Source: Chara braunii
Taxonomy: Eukaryota; Plantae; Charophyceae
Assembly: GCA_003427395.1 (NCBI GenBank)
Contig: BFEA01000001.1
Span: forward strand, 5,869,948 to 5,933,947
Reading direction: 5' to 3'
Length of the DNA stretch: 64,000 bases
Shown here: positions 1 through 38,810 of the stretch, in pieces
Layout of the letters: every line of letters starts with the position of its first letter
Position numbering within the stretch: position 1 is the stretch's first letter
Notes under the pieces: model-generated
What the model was told of the DNA's origin: nothing
Database searches by the model: none
What the model saw: only the letters and a program-made list of their open reading frames with translations
Program-made: the position numbers and the translations under genes

Positions 1-1055
1 TGCAGAGCCAGTGGCGGTCGGAAGGGTTAGGCAGGATAATATTTCCTATCCATTATCTGGAACTGGGTTGATTTGTTGGCCTGCATGATCTGTTTGGTGT
101 CAGCTTATTAAGCCCATAGTCTGTAAGTAGATGGTGGAGGAGAGTCAGGGAACGGTAGTTTAGGCCTAGGTGGCGTGTTCCAATGTACCTGAACCATTTA
201 TCTTCTTGATGCCAAGTAGTGTGATCCAGACATATAACGAGGGTTTGTGAGAATGGGTGAAGTCTGTTTCAGCTGGCCGCAATGGTACGGGTAGTGGAGT
301 GTTTGCCGTTTTGAGAACTTTGGACCGATATGTGTTCTCATTTACAGTCTACAGTTGTCAGGTGGAGTCGTCGTTTTTTTTCTGTCATAAGGTCGAGGAA
401 AAGAAAAACGTGGGGCGAACTCTGTGACCGTTGATTCTACTTGCTATTGGAGGTTGCAGAAACAGTCAAGGTATCAGAAGAACAGTCCCAGAGTTACCAT
501 TTGCATTTATTTATGTGGATTGCAGTAGGGACGATATGTGGAAGACATGTGAGTCGGTCTCTTCCATGTTGATTGGAACCTGCATTGGGCTGACACGAGT
601 GCTACATCTGTAGCGGTTCAGGCTGTAAAGTATGAGTATGTGACAACAGTTCTGCAGTGTGGATTGTTTTGAGAAAAAGAGGTCAGGAGCTAAGTAGTGT
701 ATCAAAGATTGCTATCAGCTGTTAAATTATATGTTCTGCAAAGAGTTACAGGCCATCCAGAGTATTATGAGGTCCCCAAGTTGTCTGAAGGTGTCCTCGT
801 CGCCAGCCGGATGTGCTATATCCTGTTGGATGCAAAAATACTCACGGTTTTGGCATGTTAGGTGTACTGGTCTTCCATCAACCTGGAATGCCAATTTGCT
901 TAGTTATTCAACAAGGGCAGCATGTTGTTTTGGGTGGTGGGCAGGGTTGCATATGGTGGTTGTTTAGCTGTGGCTGATATTTTGGTGGGGTGCTGGCTTT
1001 TTTCAGCTTTCCGACGTCTTACAGCTCTTCCTGTGTGCATTCTTTTGGATGACAG

Positions 1056-26561
<25,506 letters not shown>

Positions 26562-27119
26562 ACTTGTGGCTCTCACAAATGCCCACGCGTACCCTGCCTG
26601 CTCTCTGGTTGTTCTCAAACTGCTGAAGTAAGGGGAAGGAGTGGAAGCGTGGGTTTCACGGGCCAGCGCAGGAGGGTGCAAAGCTCAGAGGATGAGGGGC
26701 GTTGTGTACCCTCCTTGTTTGGCCTGGAGTTGCCGCCACGGTCGTGACGATCAAAGGAGGGTGTACTCCAGTGATAACATACGTGTGCAGTTTGCAGATG
26801 GTGTAACAGTTTGTGGGGCTAGAAGCAGAAGTCGTACACTGGAATGCCTTTTTCAGATGAAAGTAGTTTGTTGTCGGAGTATTTTCGTGGTGAAAAGACA
26901 GATGGAGTGATCCCAAATAGTGGTGGCATCTCTGTCGAGGCCTGACCATTTGTGTCGAGCTATGTCTACTTTCCAATTTTGGAGTTGTCATTTCCGGCCC
27001 ATCCTTGGCGAGTTGGAAGAGAGTCCAATGTGCCATCATAAGGGCTGAATAGAGGGTTTGTCTTCTTGTATGCGTGTAAGAGGCGGGGGGAAGACTCGGG
27101 AGAGGAGGGCGGGGGGGGG

Positions 27120-27645
27120 NNNNNNNNNNNNNNNNNNNNNNNNNNNNNNNNNNNNNNNNNNNNNNNNNNNNNNNNNNNNNNNNNNNNNNNNNNNNNNNNN
27201 NNNNNNNNNNNNNNNNNNNNNNNNNNNNNNNNNNNNNNNNNNNNNNNNNNNNNNNNNNNNNNNNNNNNNNNNNNNNNNNNNNNNNNNNNNNNNNNNNNNN
27301 NNNNNNNNNNNNNNNNNNNNNNNNNNNNNNNNNNNNNNNNNNNNNNNNNNNNNNNNNNNNNNNNNNNNNNNNNNNNNNNNNNNNNNNNNNNNNNNNNNNN
27401 NNNNNNNNNNNNNNNNNNNNNNNNNNNNNNNNNNNNNNNNNNNNNNNNNNNNNNNNNNNNNNNNNNNNNNNNNNNNNNNNNNNNNNNNNNNNNNNNNNNN
27501 NNNNNNNNNNNNNNNNNNNNNNNNNNNNNNNNNNNNNNNNNNNNNNNNNNNNNNNNNNNNNNNNNNNNNNNNNNNNNNNNNNNNNNNNNNNNNNNNNNNN
27601 NNNNNNNNNNNNNNNNNNNNNNNNNNNNNNNNNNNNNNNNNNNNN
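27120..27645. other. Assembly gap (N run between G homopolymers)
   Basis: Ns in the sequence. Confidence 1.
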
Positions 27646-27902
27646 GGGGGGGGACGAGGCAAAAAGGAATTAGAGTAGGTCGAAGGGTGAGCAGGGATGA
27701 AAGGGAAGAAGAGGTGATACAGTGACAGTTGGGCATGGGGATGGGGTGTCGCTTAATGGAGTGTCTCGGTAGAATGTGGAGTCATGTTCCTTTGTGATTG
27801 CGTGCATTGAGGCGTGTGATTGACTGCATCAAGATGGCGAGAAAGGTGTGATGATTGGGGGGAGGCGGAAAGGAGGAAGAGTGTGTATGTGTGTGTGTGT
27901 GT

Positions 27903-27958
<56 letters not shown>

Positions 27959-29091
27959 AGGTGTGTATTGGGACATACTTGAATCATCGAATTGGGGATT
28001 AGCATCGAAAGTGACGAAGAAGATTTTTNGTGCCTTCTATTCTACAGGCGATGGTCATATTCCAGCTGGCACTGGGAGGGGGGGAGGTGCCGTTCGGTAG
28101 AGACATCCTGTGTGTTGTTCTTACTGAATACGGATGGCGAGGTTGCCCCTTGATTCTGAGAATACCTTCAAAGTCCTTGTGACTATTCTGCGAATATCTT
28201 GAAGCAGGCTGTCTTGCGGCGTTCACTACCTTGTATGTCAACGTTGTCAAATCGCAGTACCGGTGTTGTCTCGCAACGTTTCGTGGATGTAGACTTTGGT
28301 CGCTCATACTTTGCAATCGTTTGCGGAATCAACTTGCTTGCAGAGAGAGTTCATGTTGATTCGTTGATCGGACAGGGACAGGCGCGTACTGTTGGAGTTT
28401 TGCTTAGCAAAGTTCGCATTCATTCAGCTTCAGACTCAGGTCAGATCTGTCTATGCCTCTACGTATTGCGTAAATGTGTTGGAGGATCCCGGAGTGTGGA
28501 TTGCTTGGTCGTTTTGGCGGCGTTCGCGCTCTTTGAGTGGAATGAGAGGTGATCGGTTCAACCCTCAGACAGAGCAGATCATTTATGTGTCAAATCTATC
28601 ATCATCATCATCCATGTGATACCGTAGGAAAAAATGTAGTGGTTTGACTCTCTCTTCCATTTGCCTTTGTTTATCAAAAATTGCCTTTGCTTATTACTAT
28701 TCTTATCCTTGTATACCTGATCTACATGCAGTTTGTGTAAACTTTGTTTGTGCAAAATAAACACTGCGATACTTTGGCTCTTTGACCCAATTTATTTTTT
28801 TCCCAGTGCTGTGCACAGAATGATGAAGAAATCTATGCATTGAATCTTTCGGTGTATAAGCTGCGCGATGTTGGAGTCAGGACTCAGGATGGAGCATGCG
28901 GCATTTACGCAACGAGTAAACCCCCTTGTTCGATAAACTTCCCGGAACCCGCTCCAATTAATTTTGAACTTTCAAATCTACGTAGGCCCACTCTGCTCTG
29001 CTGGCGATCCGCGCTCGCAAGAGCGTCTTCTTTTATTTGATTTTCCTTCAGACTCTCATCTCACAGCGCACCGCAAAAGAGTGGATCGATG

Positions 29092-29163
29092 GCAGAAATA
29101 GCTTAATGGTAGACTATGTATGTCCTTAGGCTAACGTCAAGGGTTCAGATCCAGTTTTCCGCT
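29092..29163 (+). pseudogene. Degenerate tRNA-like sequence resembling plant mitochondrial tRNA-Gly (pseudogene or SINE head)
   Basis: GCAGAAATAGCTTAATGGTAGA ... AGGCT ... GGGTTCAGATCC ... TTTCCGCT, 72 nt; acceptor stem 6/7 paired, anticodon arm decayed. Confidence 0.5.
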
Positions 29164-29803
29164 TGTCAGCTTCGCTGCCAGCCCAAGAAAAGAATGTTAA
29201 CCACCCAGGTCCTTAACCCATCACCACCCCGACCAGACAGCAGTTGCTTGGGTGCTACCGCGTCTTGGTCTTGGATCTGCTGCCTGCAGACAGTTTGTTT
29301 GCTTTCTCCTGTGCAAACCCTGCACCCTCCACACGTCGGAGTTCGTTAGCATTGACAGAAGTGGAATCGGATATTGGTTACCATTTGCACCCCCCACGCG
29401 ACGGCCGCCAATTGCTGCAGACTACGCGGCAGACTACACTCTTCACCTAAATACAGCATGCGCCCGGTCGTTATGAAAGTTGACAAAATTGCAGATATAA
29501 TGATTGGGCGTGTTCGGTGGTGGACAAGAGACGAGCACTCGTGCAGAAAGAAGCCGTGGGGCGGACTGGTAATTTGGATCTTTGACGTAGTATTGTACAC
29601 TGCAAGATTAGGTGCAAAACTCCTAAAAACTACACCAATTCCAGTTAGGAAAAATTGAAGAGAATGGTATAGTCCTGCTACAGATCAGAGTTGCTATAAT
29701 ACCCTTACAGCCAAACATTGAAGATCGCTGATTAGCAATTTGTAGTTACAAGCGGACGATGCCCGCCGCAGATGCCGCAGGGATTAAGAGTGGGGGGGGG
29801 GGG

Positions 29804-29804
<1 letters not shown>

Positions 29805-29884
<80 letters not shown>
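29805..29884. repeat. (CA)n microsatellite; other GT/GA tracts at ~2965, 22207, 22312, 23700, 27890, 30608, 45503, 60024 and 62477
   Basis: Direct inspection. Confidence 0.95.
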
Positions 29885-29886
<2 letters not shown>

Positions 29887-30603
29887 AGCTACGACTCTAT
29901 GAGAGGGGATCTTCTGCTAGAGCAGAGAAAGGTACACCACCATACCAGTTGGGTCATACTATGAACGGGGTGGCATTATGTCGGCTTGCAGTATTATATG
30001 GCCCACACGATGCTATTTGGGCTGGTGGTACTACGTGAGGGGGCTGGCACCGTGCATGCCAGCCCATACTACGCCCCCCCAAAAAAAAAGAAAAGTCGAG
30101 TGCTAATAGACAGACCTGAGTTTTGAGTCCTAATAGACTAATAGGCAGACCTGAGTTTTGAGTCCTAATAGACTAATAGTGACCAGGGCGACTCAAAAGT
30201 TCAAAATCCAAAACAATGAGAATGAATTTTCTAATCCAACATGAAAAGATGCACCGCAATAATTTTGGTCGATTGTGCACGTCTTTCCAGCCAATTCGGC
30301 GTGCTATGCTATGTACTTGTATTCAAACATGCCAAGGAGGATGGCCCGTGCGCGAGGGGGACATGCATAAATAGAGTCTGCAGTGGGGATGGAGGGTAAT
30401 CTACAATCCGGATGAACAGTTGCTAGCAGCAGATCGGCACCATTGGATGGACAATCGATACATTGGGGGGGGAGAGCCAAGAAGAATGGCCCCTCCACAA
30501 GGGTGACATGCATAAATCGAGTCTGCAGTAGAGATGGAAGCTAATCCAGAATCTGGATGAACAGTTGCCGGCAGAAGATCAGCACCATTGGATGGACAAT
30601 CAA

Positions 30604-30679
<76 letters not shown>

Positions 30680-31344
30680 CACGAGGAGCTAGGACTGTCC
30701 TGGACATACCTGACCATAATTACAGCACAACCTTGGGTGTGTCTGGTTGCAATTACAGCAGGATGTAGATGTGTCTGACCACAATTGCACCAGAACCTCG
30801 ATTTATCTCAAGTTGGGTTTATTGAACTCTATTCCATTATTCGTTACGGAGTCCATGATTTGGTCGGCATGATCGATGATTATTAATGAGTCTCGCAATG
30901 CTGTAATAATGCCTGATTGCTGGCTTTGAACATGTTTAGCTCCTTTGAACTTTTTCACGTCTTGCAAGCAAGCAAGCAAGCTGACGTCTTTAACCATGTT
31001 TGCGCCCGCGCTGTGACTAACACTCCACTCCCCCCCCAAAAAAAAAGAGGAAAAAAAGGCACTCCACTCCTGGCAGTAACGAGCCCACTCCTCCGCGCTC
31101 TGCAATCCCTCTCCGACCTCATGGTGCACCTATTGTCCGCTCACTCCGTCATGATGCCCCAACCGTGCTTTGCTCGCGCCCTCGCCAAGGGATCACTCGG
31201 TTGTCCCTCTACATTCTGAAGCAACGTCTTGTACTGCTTAAAAGAGTCAAAAGTAGAAAACAAGAAAAATTAAAAGCAGGAGTGTGAAATTGAAATGTGG
31301 GAAAATGAAGAAAATAGTAAAATATAAAGTTATAAACTAAAGAA

Positions 31345-31627
31345 AACTCAGGAAGGTTTTCATGCCGGTTGGGCCTGCACGGCCGGGCGCCTGGGCGTGC
31401 AAATATTGCCTTTCTGCGCTCTCCCACAGGACCCCAAATCCGGGCTCGTTTCATTTTTTGAGAGTTGGCTGTCAAGGAGGCGGAAGGGGGGTATACATTG
31501 TTTTTAAAGGGGTTAAGAGGGGTTAAAGGGGGGTCCTTTAGTGTGATTTTGTTATTTTCTTTTTTATCTCTGATTCCGTGAGGAATTCTGATGTGACCCT
31601 CAGCCAAAAGTTGTTTGTATTGCAATC
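31345..31627 (-). repeat. Second copy of the 18670-18990 dispersed repeat
   Basis: Reverse-complement similarity as above. Confidence 0.85.
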
Positions 31628-32569
31628 CTACACAACATGGGGCCGGTTAAGCTTCTCTGTATCATTCCAGCTTCAATGGGTGCCCGGAAGGACCCATTTG
31701 GAAAGGTGGCGGGTACAAGTCCTGCACCATCCTACGATCCCTACTGTATTGTTCCAGCTTCAACAGAAGTCTAGAAGCACTTCTAAGCAAGGGTGCGAAG
31801 GTTCAATTCCCGCTACCAAAACTTGCTTATCGGAGGGCAATAAGCCTCTTGCATGGAGTGGTTATAAGTGCTGCGCACCCTTCTCTTACTGACTGAGTTC
31901 CCAGCGCAATTGGGAAGAATATATCTCTTATTGCACAGATTCCAGGGACCTGCACACCAGTCTGGGCTGGACACCAAGCCAAAACTTGTCTTTTTCTTTT
32001 TTTTTAAACCATCCCACACGCTCGGATCTTTTCGGACTTTGAGCAGCCATCAGATCTTTGAAGTTACCGATCGGATGGCCTTTGCACCAAACTAACTGTC
32101 ATGGGTGCATGGTTAGCCAGTGTACATCAACCCTCACTGGCCTGGCCCCTGTGTGTGGACATTTGGCGTGCTGCACATTCACCTATGGATTTGTGCGGCC
32201 TGGCCCCCGTGTGTGGACATTTGGTTTGCGGCACACTCACATAAGGATTTGTGCGCCAGCCCCCATCGCACATTGTACTTCTCTTTAGCACGTGAGGCCT
32301 CCCTTGGGGTCGAGGGGTCTTAAATGCATTTTTACTGCCGCTTTAGCGACATTGGCGCGTGTTGTGCTCATGTGCGCGTGCCATCACAGCTACCCGTTTA
32401 TTCCTCTCGACCATTCAGGTCGAGGGTGCTGGTCATCCTGTGGCAGGCGCGCGGATGCCACCCTCCGACGACCGGTAACTCATGCTCACTGTTCCCCACG
32501 TACCAGTTCTGCTTTGCCCGACCCGATGAAATGCGCGGAAATACCGTTCCGACAGTCCCTGCAGATCCT

Positions 32570-35500
32570 TGATTACAGGGGCATTGTGATGGGACTCTCC
32601 TTCCATCTCCAACTCCAACGAGGACCCAGCTTCTACAAGTTCAACACCTCTCTCCTAAAAGAACAATCGCTAGACACGCTGGTAACTGAGTTATGGGCCC
32701 ACTGGTCAACAAAAAAGACCACAGCCCCATCAATCATGGACTGGTTCAACGTGGGGATTGCCAAGCTTAAGGATTACATTAAGAAGTTTGCCATCAACCT
32801 AGCACGACAACGCAAGGAAACACTAGACAAACTGGTACACACATTAGAGGAATGGGACCAGAGATTGCTGGATGGTCCCCTAGACCTGCATACCTTTGGC
32901 CACCTCCAACAGGCTAGGGATCACCTACAAGCCTACCTCGGCAGACAGACCGAGGCATTGAGGATCCAGGCTAGGATGAAAAAGGCAGACACGGAAGGCT
33001 CAATGTCTCGAACCTTTTTTAACAACGGCAAGAGTAGAGCTAGACAGAACCTGGTGACAAACCGTGACATCACTACATCGTCCCTTCCAACCACGACAGC
33101 CTGATGTCACCAATGCCTACGCGGTAGTAGATTATGCAGCACAATACTACCAAAATCTGTTCACATCAAAAACTGGACAATGGGACGAAGATATCCTTGA
33201 CCGTGCAAGAACAACAATGCTCTACAACTTGCCATCCCTCCTCATGCAACAGCAGAAGGAACTATTAGAAGCACCAATCGACTCTCAGGAAATCGTACAA
33301 GCTCTCACAGATATAGAAGACGAGAAAACCCCCGGCCTTGACTCCTTTTCCAAAGAATTTTGGATCCAATATTGGGACCTGCTTAAAATGGATCTGATGG
33401 CATACATACATGCAGCCCAGCAGGAGGGGCGCTTTGGGGACCTGATGGGACAGGGAGTTACCACCTTGATCTATGAGAAAGGAGACAGGGCGGCTATCAG
33501 AAACTACCGGCCTATTACACTTCTTCCCCTCCCTTACAAAATGGTAGCTAAAGCCTTGGCCGCTTACTACCATTGATGGGAAACCTCATACACATGGAAC
33601 AGACAGGATTCATGCCTCAACGAAGCATTCAAGACAGCATTCTACTGGTCAATGAAACAATCAAATATGCGAGGCAGAGAGGAGTGGAGGCGGCTATAGT
33701 GTTCATAGACTTTGAGAAAGCCTATGATCATGTAGGCTAGGAATTTTTGGAGCTTTGTCTACAAAAAATGAATTGGGGACACAATTTCAGATATTGGATC
33801 CACACACTAACGTAATGATAAATGGCCATATGTCTCCTCCTTTCGCACTGCAGAGATTGGTCCACAAGGAGACCCTATTGCCCCGCTGCTCTTTGTCATT
33901 GTTATGGAAGCCCTGGCAACACTCATCCGTTCGAATCCGACCATAGAACGCATCGACATCCCAAAAATCCTGACACATAAGATCCCTATCACCTCCCTGT
34001 TTGCTGATGACTTGACGGTCCTCATCAAGGCCAACGCGACCAGTTTCCATGCACTGGCCCAAACCATCCACATCTTTTCGATAGCCGCAGACATGAAAGT
34101 CAATTGGGGCGCGAAAACAGAAGGATGGTGGCTGAACACATAACACCCCCCCCCCTCGAGAACAACCCCTGCTAAACTGGAGCGCAAGGGAGGAAGCCAT
34201 CCGCGTCTTGGGTGTACGGCTAACAGCCTTGGCCCCCCCGAAAGACCATGGAGACAGCCTGATCCAAACAGCTATACAAGCAATGGCCAGTTGGAAGGGC
34301 CTCCACACTTCCTTGGTGGGCCGAGCATTGGCAATCAACAACGCAGTCTTGTCTACCATTTGGTACAAAATGGCCTTTTGGGCCCTGACGCCACACCAAC
34401 TATCCTATCTTAGGAATGCAACAGCAGCCTTCCTATAGCGTAATGACCATGAACTAACAAGCTGCATCAAACGTGTGGCCTGGGCCCAAGTAGCCCAACC
34501 AAGAAACAAAGGCGGACTGACAATAATCGACCTAGGAGACCAAATAAAAGCACTGCTGTTCAAAATCATCATACGGTTATTGGTGGCGGAAGATATATCA
34601 TGGGCCCCACTTGCTTACATCCAATTGTCAAACTTGGCCCCGCCAATAGCGTTGGACTGACCGGTCCATCCACTACAGTGGCTAACTAACCCCGCATGGT
34701 CGATCCCGACAACCCCAAGAACCGTGGGCATCCACTCACAAGCACAAGCCACTAAAGCTGTGACCAGACCAATGATCGGCTATGGCCTAGATGGCATGAG
34801 GTTTGGAGCCAACCTTGGTTTGGGAATCCACAGATATTGGACCAAAATGGTCACCCGTTTACAGCTGCAACTGGATCTCACTGGCTGCGGTGGATCAAAT
34901 ACGAATTTTTTACAGTTGGTGATCTGTGGGACCCACGATCTCGCAAATGGAAAACAGCATCCCAAATGCAATCCCGCCTTAAAAACATAAGAAATATGGA
35001 TGAAAAACTACATCAACTTCACGAAGCGAACCCGACTGCCTGGGTGCGAGCGCTCAAGAAAGGGCCACAATGTAAAAAAGGAGGTTGACACAACGTCCTT
35101 GCCCTTGTTGTCTGTCATCTACAAAGTGCAGAACATACACCAACATCAGGCGGACCTCCTAGCATACGATCCAACCTTACCAGGAGAATGTTTCTCCCGC
35201 CTCACTCGTAACCCGGACAAGGATAGGCAACTGCAGAAGAGTGATCTCGTCCGGATCAGAGTAGTGGGGGAAGAGAAGGATGGCTGGTGGACTTGTGAGA
35301 TGTCGACCCCCATCTACTGCCTCCCCTTCAATCCTGAAGAATGGAAATGGGGGAATCGAAAACCTCTCCCATTGTGGAAATTCACAGTGAAGGACTGTTA
35401 TAGACAAACACACAAAACCAAAGACTCCACACCCGTTATAAAATCACGCTGGCTAAGGGACTCCATCCACCCTGAAAGAACAAGACCTGCAGCACTTTAG

Positions 35501-37700
35501 ATGGTCACACTTCGCCCGACTGATGCCAACTGCGCAACGAGCACTCCAATGGCAAATCATCCACAGATGCCTCCCTAAGCCGGACTGGATGGTGTCCTGC
35601 TCCAACCTAGAACAGAAGGGGATACTCTCCCCTGTCTGCTCTTACTGTGGCTCCTCGTCCCAGAAATACATAGCTGATCTGGAACACTGCCTTCTCTATT
35701 GCCCAATGGTGAGACAAATCTGGCAGTGGTGGAGCGCAGCCTGGCATCACCTCACAGGGAAGGCTCTGCTGTGGGACCCGGCCCTCATCCTGCTGGCCCA
35801 GCAACAGAACATTCTGGTTGATTGGACACCCTTCCAGCACAACCTTTTCCAATACACCCGCCTGGAAGTTCTCATGACAGCATGGAGGACCAGGTGCTCC
35901 CACGAATGCCACGAGAATACTTTTGGTTCCCCTCAGGCAAAACAGCACATCATAGATACAGTGCGGTTGTCCATCCACAAAGCTTGGGTCAAACTGAACG
36001 ACGAACTCAAACAGACAACAGATCAAACGAAAAGAAAAAAACTCACCAAAACCTTCGAACTCAATTGGCTGGATACAGCAAAGACAATCGGAGAACTGGA
36101 CCTAAAACACAGAATACAGTGGAAACCATGGTGGATGGACGAGGCAGGTTGGCAATGGAGTGCCTTGCCAACCTTCCTCCGACCTATACCTGGACAACCC
36201 ATCACTGAGAGGGCGACAGCTACCCACCCCCACTCCCCAAGACATCACCCCTGCCTGTCCGCCGATCTCTGCCCCTCACCCTACCCCCCGGAGACCCCCC
36301 CCCCCCTGCCTGCACTTCCCACTGAAGACCCACCTTCACTACCCCCATCTCCCCCACCATTCACTGAAGACCCCTCTCTGAGCTCCCTGCACCTCCCACC
36401 ACCGCTCCCCTCTTAACCCCCTCCACTGGACCCCTCACCACCGCCCCCTCCACCACAAAAACCACCCCGACTAACCCCCCCCACACCCGGTTCCCCGAGG
36501 TTCTACTCCAGATAACTGTATTTGACGCTACCTTGTCCAAGTAACAGATGCTCACAAGACCTGGCCAGGCGACATCTTTGCCAGCAACTCCAAGACCACA
36601 GAACAAGACAGAGAGCAAAAGGACAAAGCTGGAGTGAAGGAAGGAGGGACAGACGTCTCCAAGACACCCATCGAACAACGAAGCTTAGTGACGAGGAACA
36701 GACAGATTGGGTAAAAGAAAGGAAAATGGCTGGTGGGCGATGGGAGAGAGAATAGGACCCTCGAGAATTACATGACCTCACTCAGTGAAATGCACAGACA
36801 CACTGAAATGCTGACCCGGCACAACACAACCCACATGAATGATAGAAACCATACCTTAAGGCACTAAGCTCCAAGGGTGGGGAGTGGGGAACGGGCAGGT
36901 TGTGCTGGCCTGCATACGTTGCTCCAGAACATGGTGTAGTATTGATAGCAAAGAATGAGACAACAAGAGAGATGCTGGGCGAATGAAGATAAACAGAACA
37001 CTATTTGGCAATCATGATCTGATCCAAGTAATCCTGACAACACACATGGGACCAGAGCATACATACTATCACCTACAGTGAACCATCATGTAGGCAGCCA
37101 ACAAGAGCACAGATAAGAAAACAAGAGACAATGTATACTATGTTAAATGTTAAGCTAGACGTAGGCGGGCAGGTAGGCAAGCAGATGCAGAGAGCCAACA
37201 TAGACGCAGCCAACAACATCAGAGTTATGAAGTCAAGAGGCAAGGTATGGGATGCTAAAAGATTAAGCTAGGTGTAGGCTGCCAGGAAGGTAAGCAGCTC
37301 AAACTGCTGTGTAGTGCTACCTGTCAAGGGTCGCTAACGACGCCTTCTTCTGGCCACCATCACAAATACATCTGGGTGAAACGATGTTCAGCCAAATAGT
37401 CAAGGGGAAGACAGACACAGACGTAACATTAGTCAAATAGGGGGGCTGCAGAAATAAGGGCTCGGTTAATAGATAAGGGGTGCTCCTAAAAAGGGAAGGG
37501 TGATTCTAGCAGCTCCATGGGATAACGGAGCCCCAGGATGAGTCAATAATAACCACAGCCCCAGGAAACCACAAAGACCAATCTCAGTGCTACAAGATGT
37601 ATCAATGGGAGGCTGGACCCAGTTTCCAGCAGGTGCCGCTCCCCACCAATAGACGCAGCAGACCGACAGGTTGAAAAAAAGAAAAAAAGAAAAAAAGAAA
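32570..37700 (+). mobile_element. 5'-truncated L1/Tx1-like LINE: decayed ORF2, ~1.25-kb 3' UTR and A-rich tail
   Basis: GPSFYKFNTSLL linker; RT motifs KTPGLD, NYRPITLL, DFEKAYD, LFADD; WAQVAQPRNKGGL; CCHC knuckle (CSYC...EHCLLYCP); (A7G)n tail at 37674-37700. Confidence 0.92.
32590..36416 (+). pseudogene. LINE ORF2 pseudogene (reverse transcriptase + zinc knuckle); endonuclease largely missing
   Basis: Motifs spread over several frames with stops and frameshifts (ORFs at 32292, 33064, 33904, 34208, 34475, 34837, 35000, 35523). Confidence 0.9.
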
Positions 37701-37789
37701 AGCAAGCGACCTAGATTTCCCACGCCGTGGTCATGCTCATCGTGAGACTATTATTTTTTACCATTTCGGCTCTGAATCACATGGCTTAA

Positions 37790-38810
37790 ACCACCAGTAC
37801 CTCTACCAGCTAAAAGAAAAAGTTGCGGCCGTTAACGCGCCGCGACTTTAGGGGGTTCGGCAAAGGCTTGGCATCCAGATGGGGGAGGGAGCTAGTGGGC
37901 CCATGGGAATTCCTCTGGAGGACTGCACGATGTCCGGTAGGTACTCTATGTGGAAACGAACGTAAGGGCAATAACGTGCAGATCCTGGTTCCGATTTCCT
38001 TTTCTTTTTTTTTCCTTTTTTTTTGGAAGAAGATCCTTGGCTGCTTCTGCCCTCGCTCCCCGTCAGACACGGGGAGCATTCACTACTGGCTGCTCTTTCC
38101 TGGCAGAGGGAGCTGCAACGTTGCAACTTTCGTGACTGAATCTGGCTTCCCTTCTGCACACTATGAACGAATGTGAGGGCAATAACGTGCAGATCCTGGT
38201 TTTTGATTTCCATTTTTTTTTTGTTTCTTTTTTTTTTGGAAGAAAATCCTTGGCTGCTTCTGCCCTCACTCCCGGTCAGCCACGGGGAGCATTCATTACT
38301 GGCTGCTCTTTCCTGGCAGAGGGAACTGTAACGTTGCAACTTTCGTGAATGAATCTGGCTTCCCTTCTTCACACTATCAACGAATGTGAGGGCAATAACG
38401 TGCAGATCCTGGTTTCCGATCTCCTTTTTTTTTTGTTTCTTTTTTTTTTCTGGAAGAAAATCCTTGGCTGCTTCTGCCCTCANCTGTAATGTTGCAACTT
38501 TCGTGGATGAATCTGGCTTCCCTTCTGCACACTATGAACGAGTGCGAGGGCAATAACGTGCAGATCCTGGTTTCCGATTTCCTTTTTTTTTTGTTTCTTT
38601 GTTTTTTTTTTTGGAAGTAGACCCTTCACGGGTGAATTCAATACTGTAGTGGAAACAAGAAAACGATGCGCCTGTCTACGTTCCTGCTGCTGGTACCTGC
38701 TAGCAGCAGCACATGTCCCACATTTTTTCCCACTCCCCGCAGGCTCGGCAAAATCCGGCGCGCAGGGCATATTCAGGGTCGGGCCTCAACAACCGGTAGG
38801 AACTGGTGGT
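37790..38810. mobile_element. TTAA-family element containing a ~190-bp tandem array
   Basis: TTAA-ACCACCAGTACCTCTACC ... GGTAGGAACTGGTGGT-TTAA. Confidence 0.75.
37966..38620. repeat. ~190-bp tandem repeat, about 3.5 units (third unit shortened)
   Basis: AGGGCAATAACGTGCAGATCCTGGTT recurs at ~37966, 38177, 38389 and 38547. Confidence 0.9.

Noticed and set aside
431-613. Additional upstream CLU exon
   Set aside because: No clear CLU similarity or frame-compatible splice pair could be established.
26966-27736. Long ORFs spanning N runs or microsatellites (also ~22000-22700 and 45400-46340)
   Set aside because: Artefacts of gaps and dinucleotide repeats.
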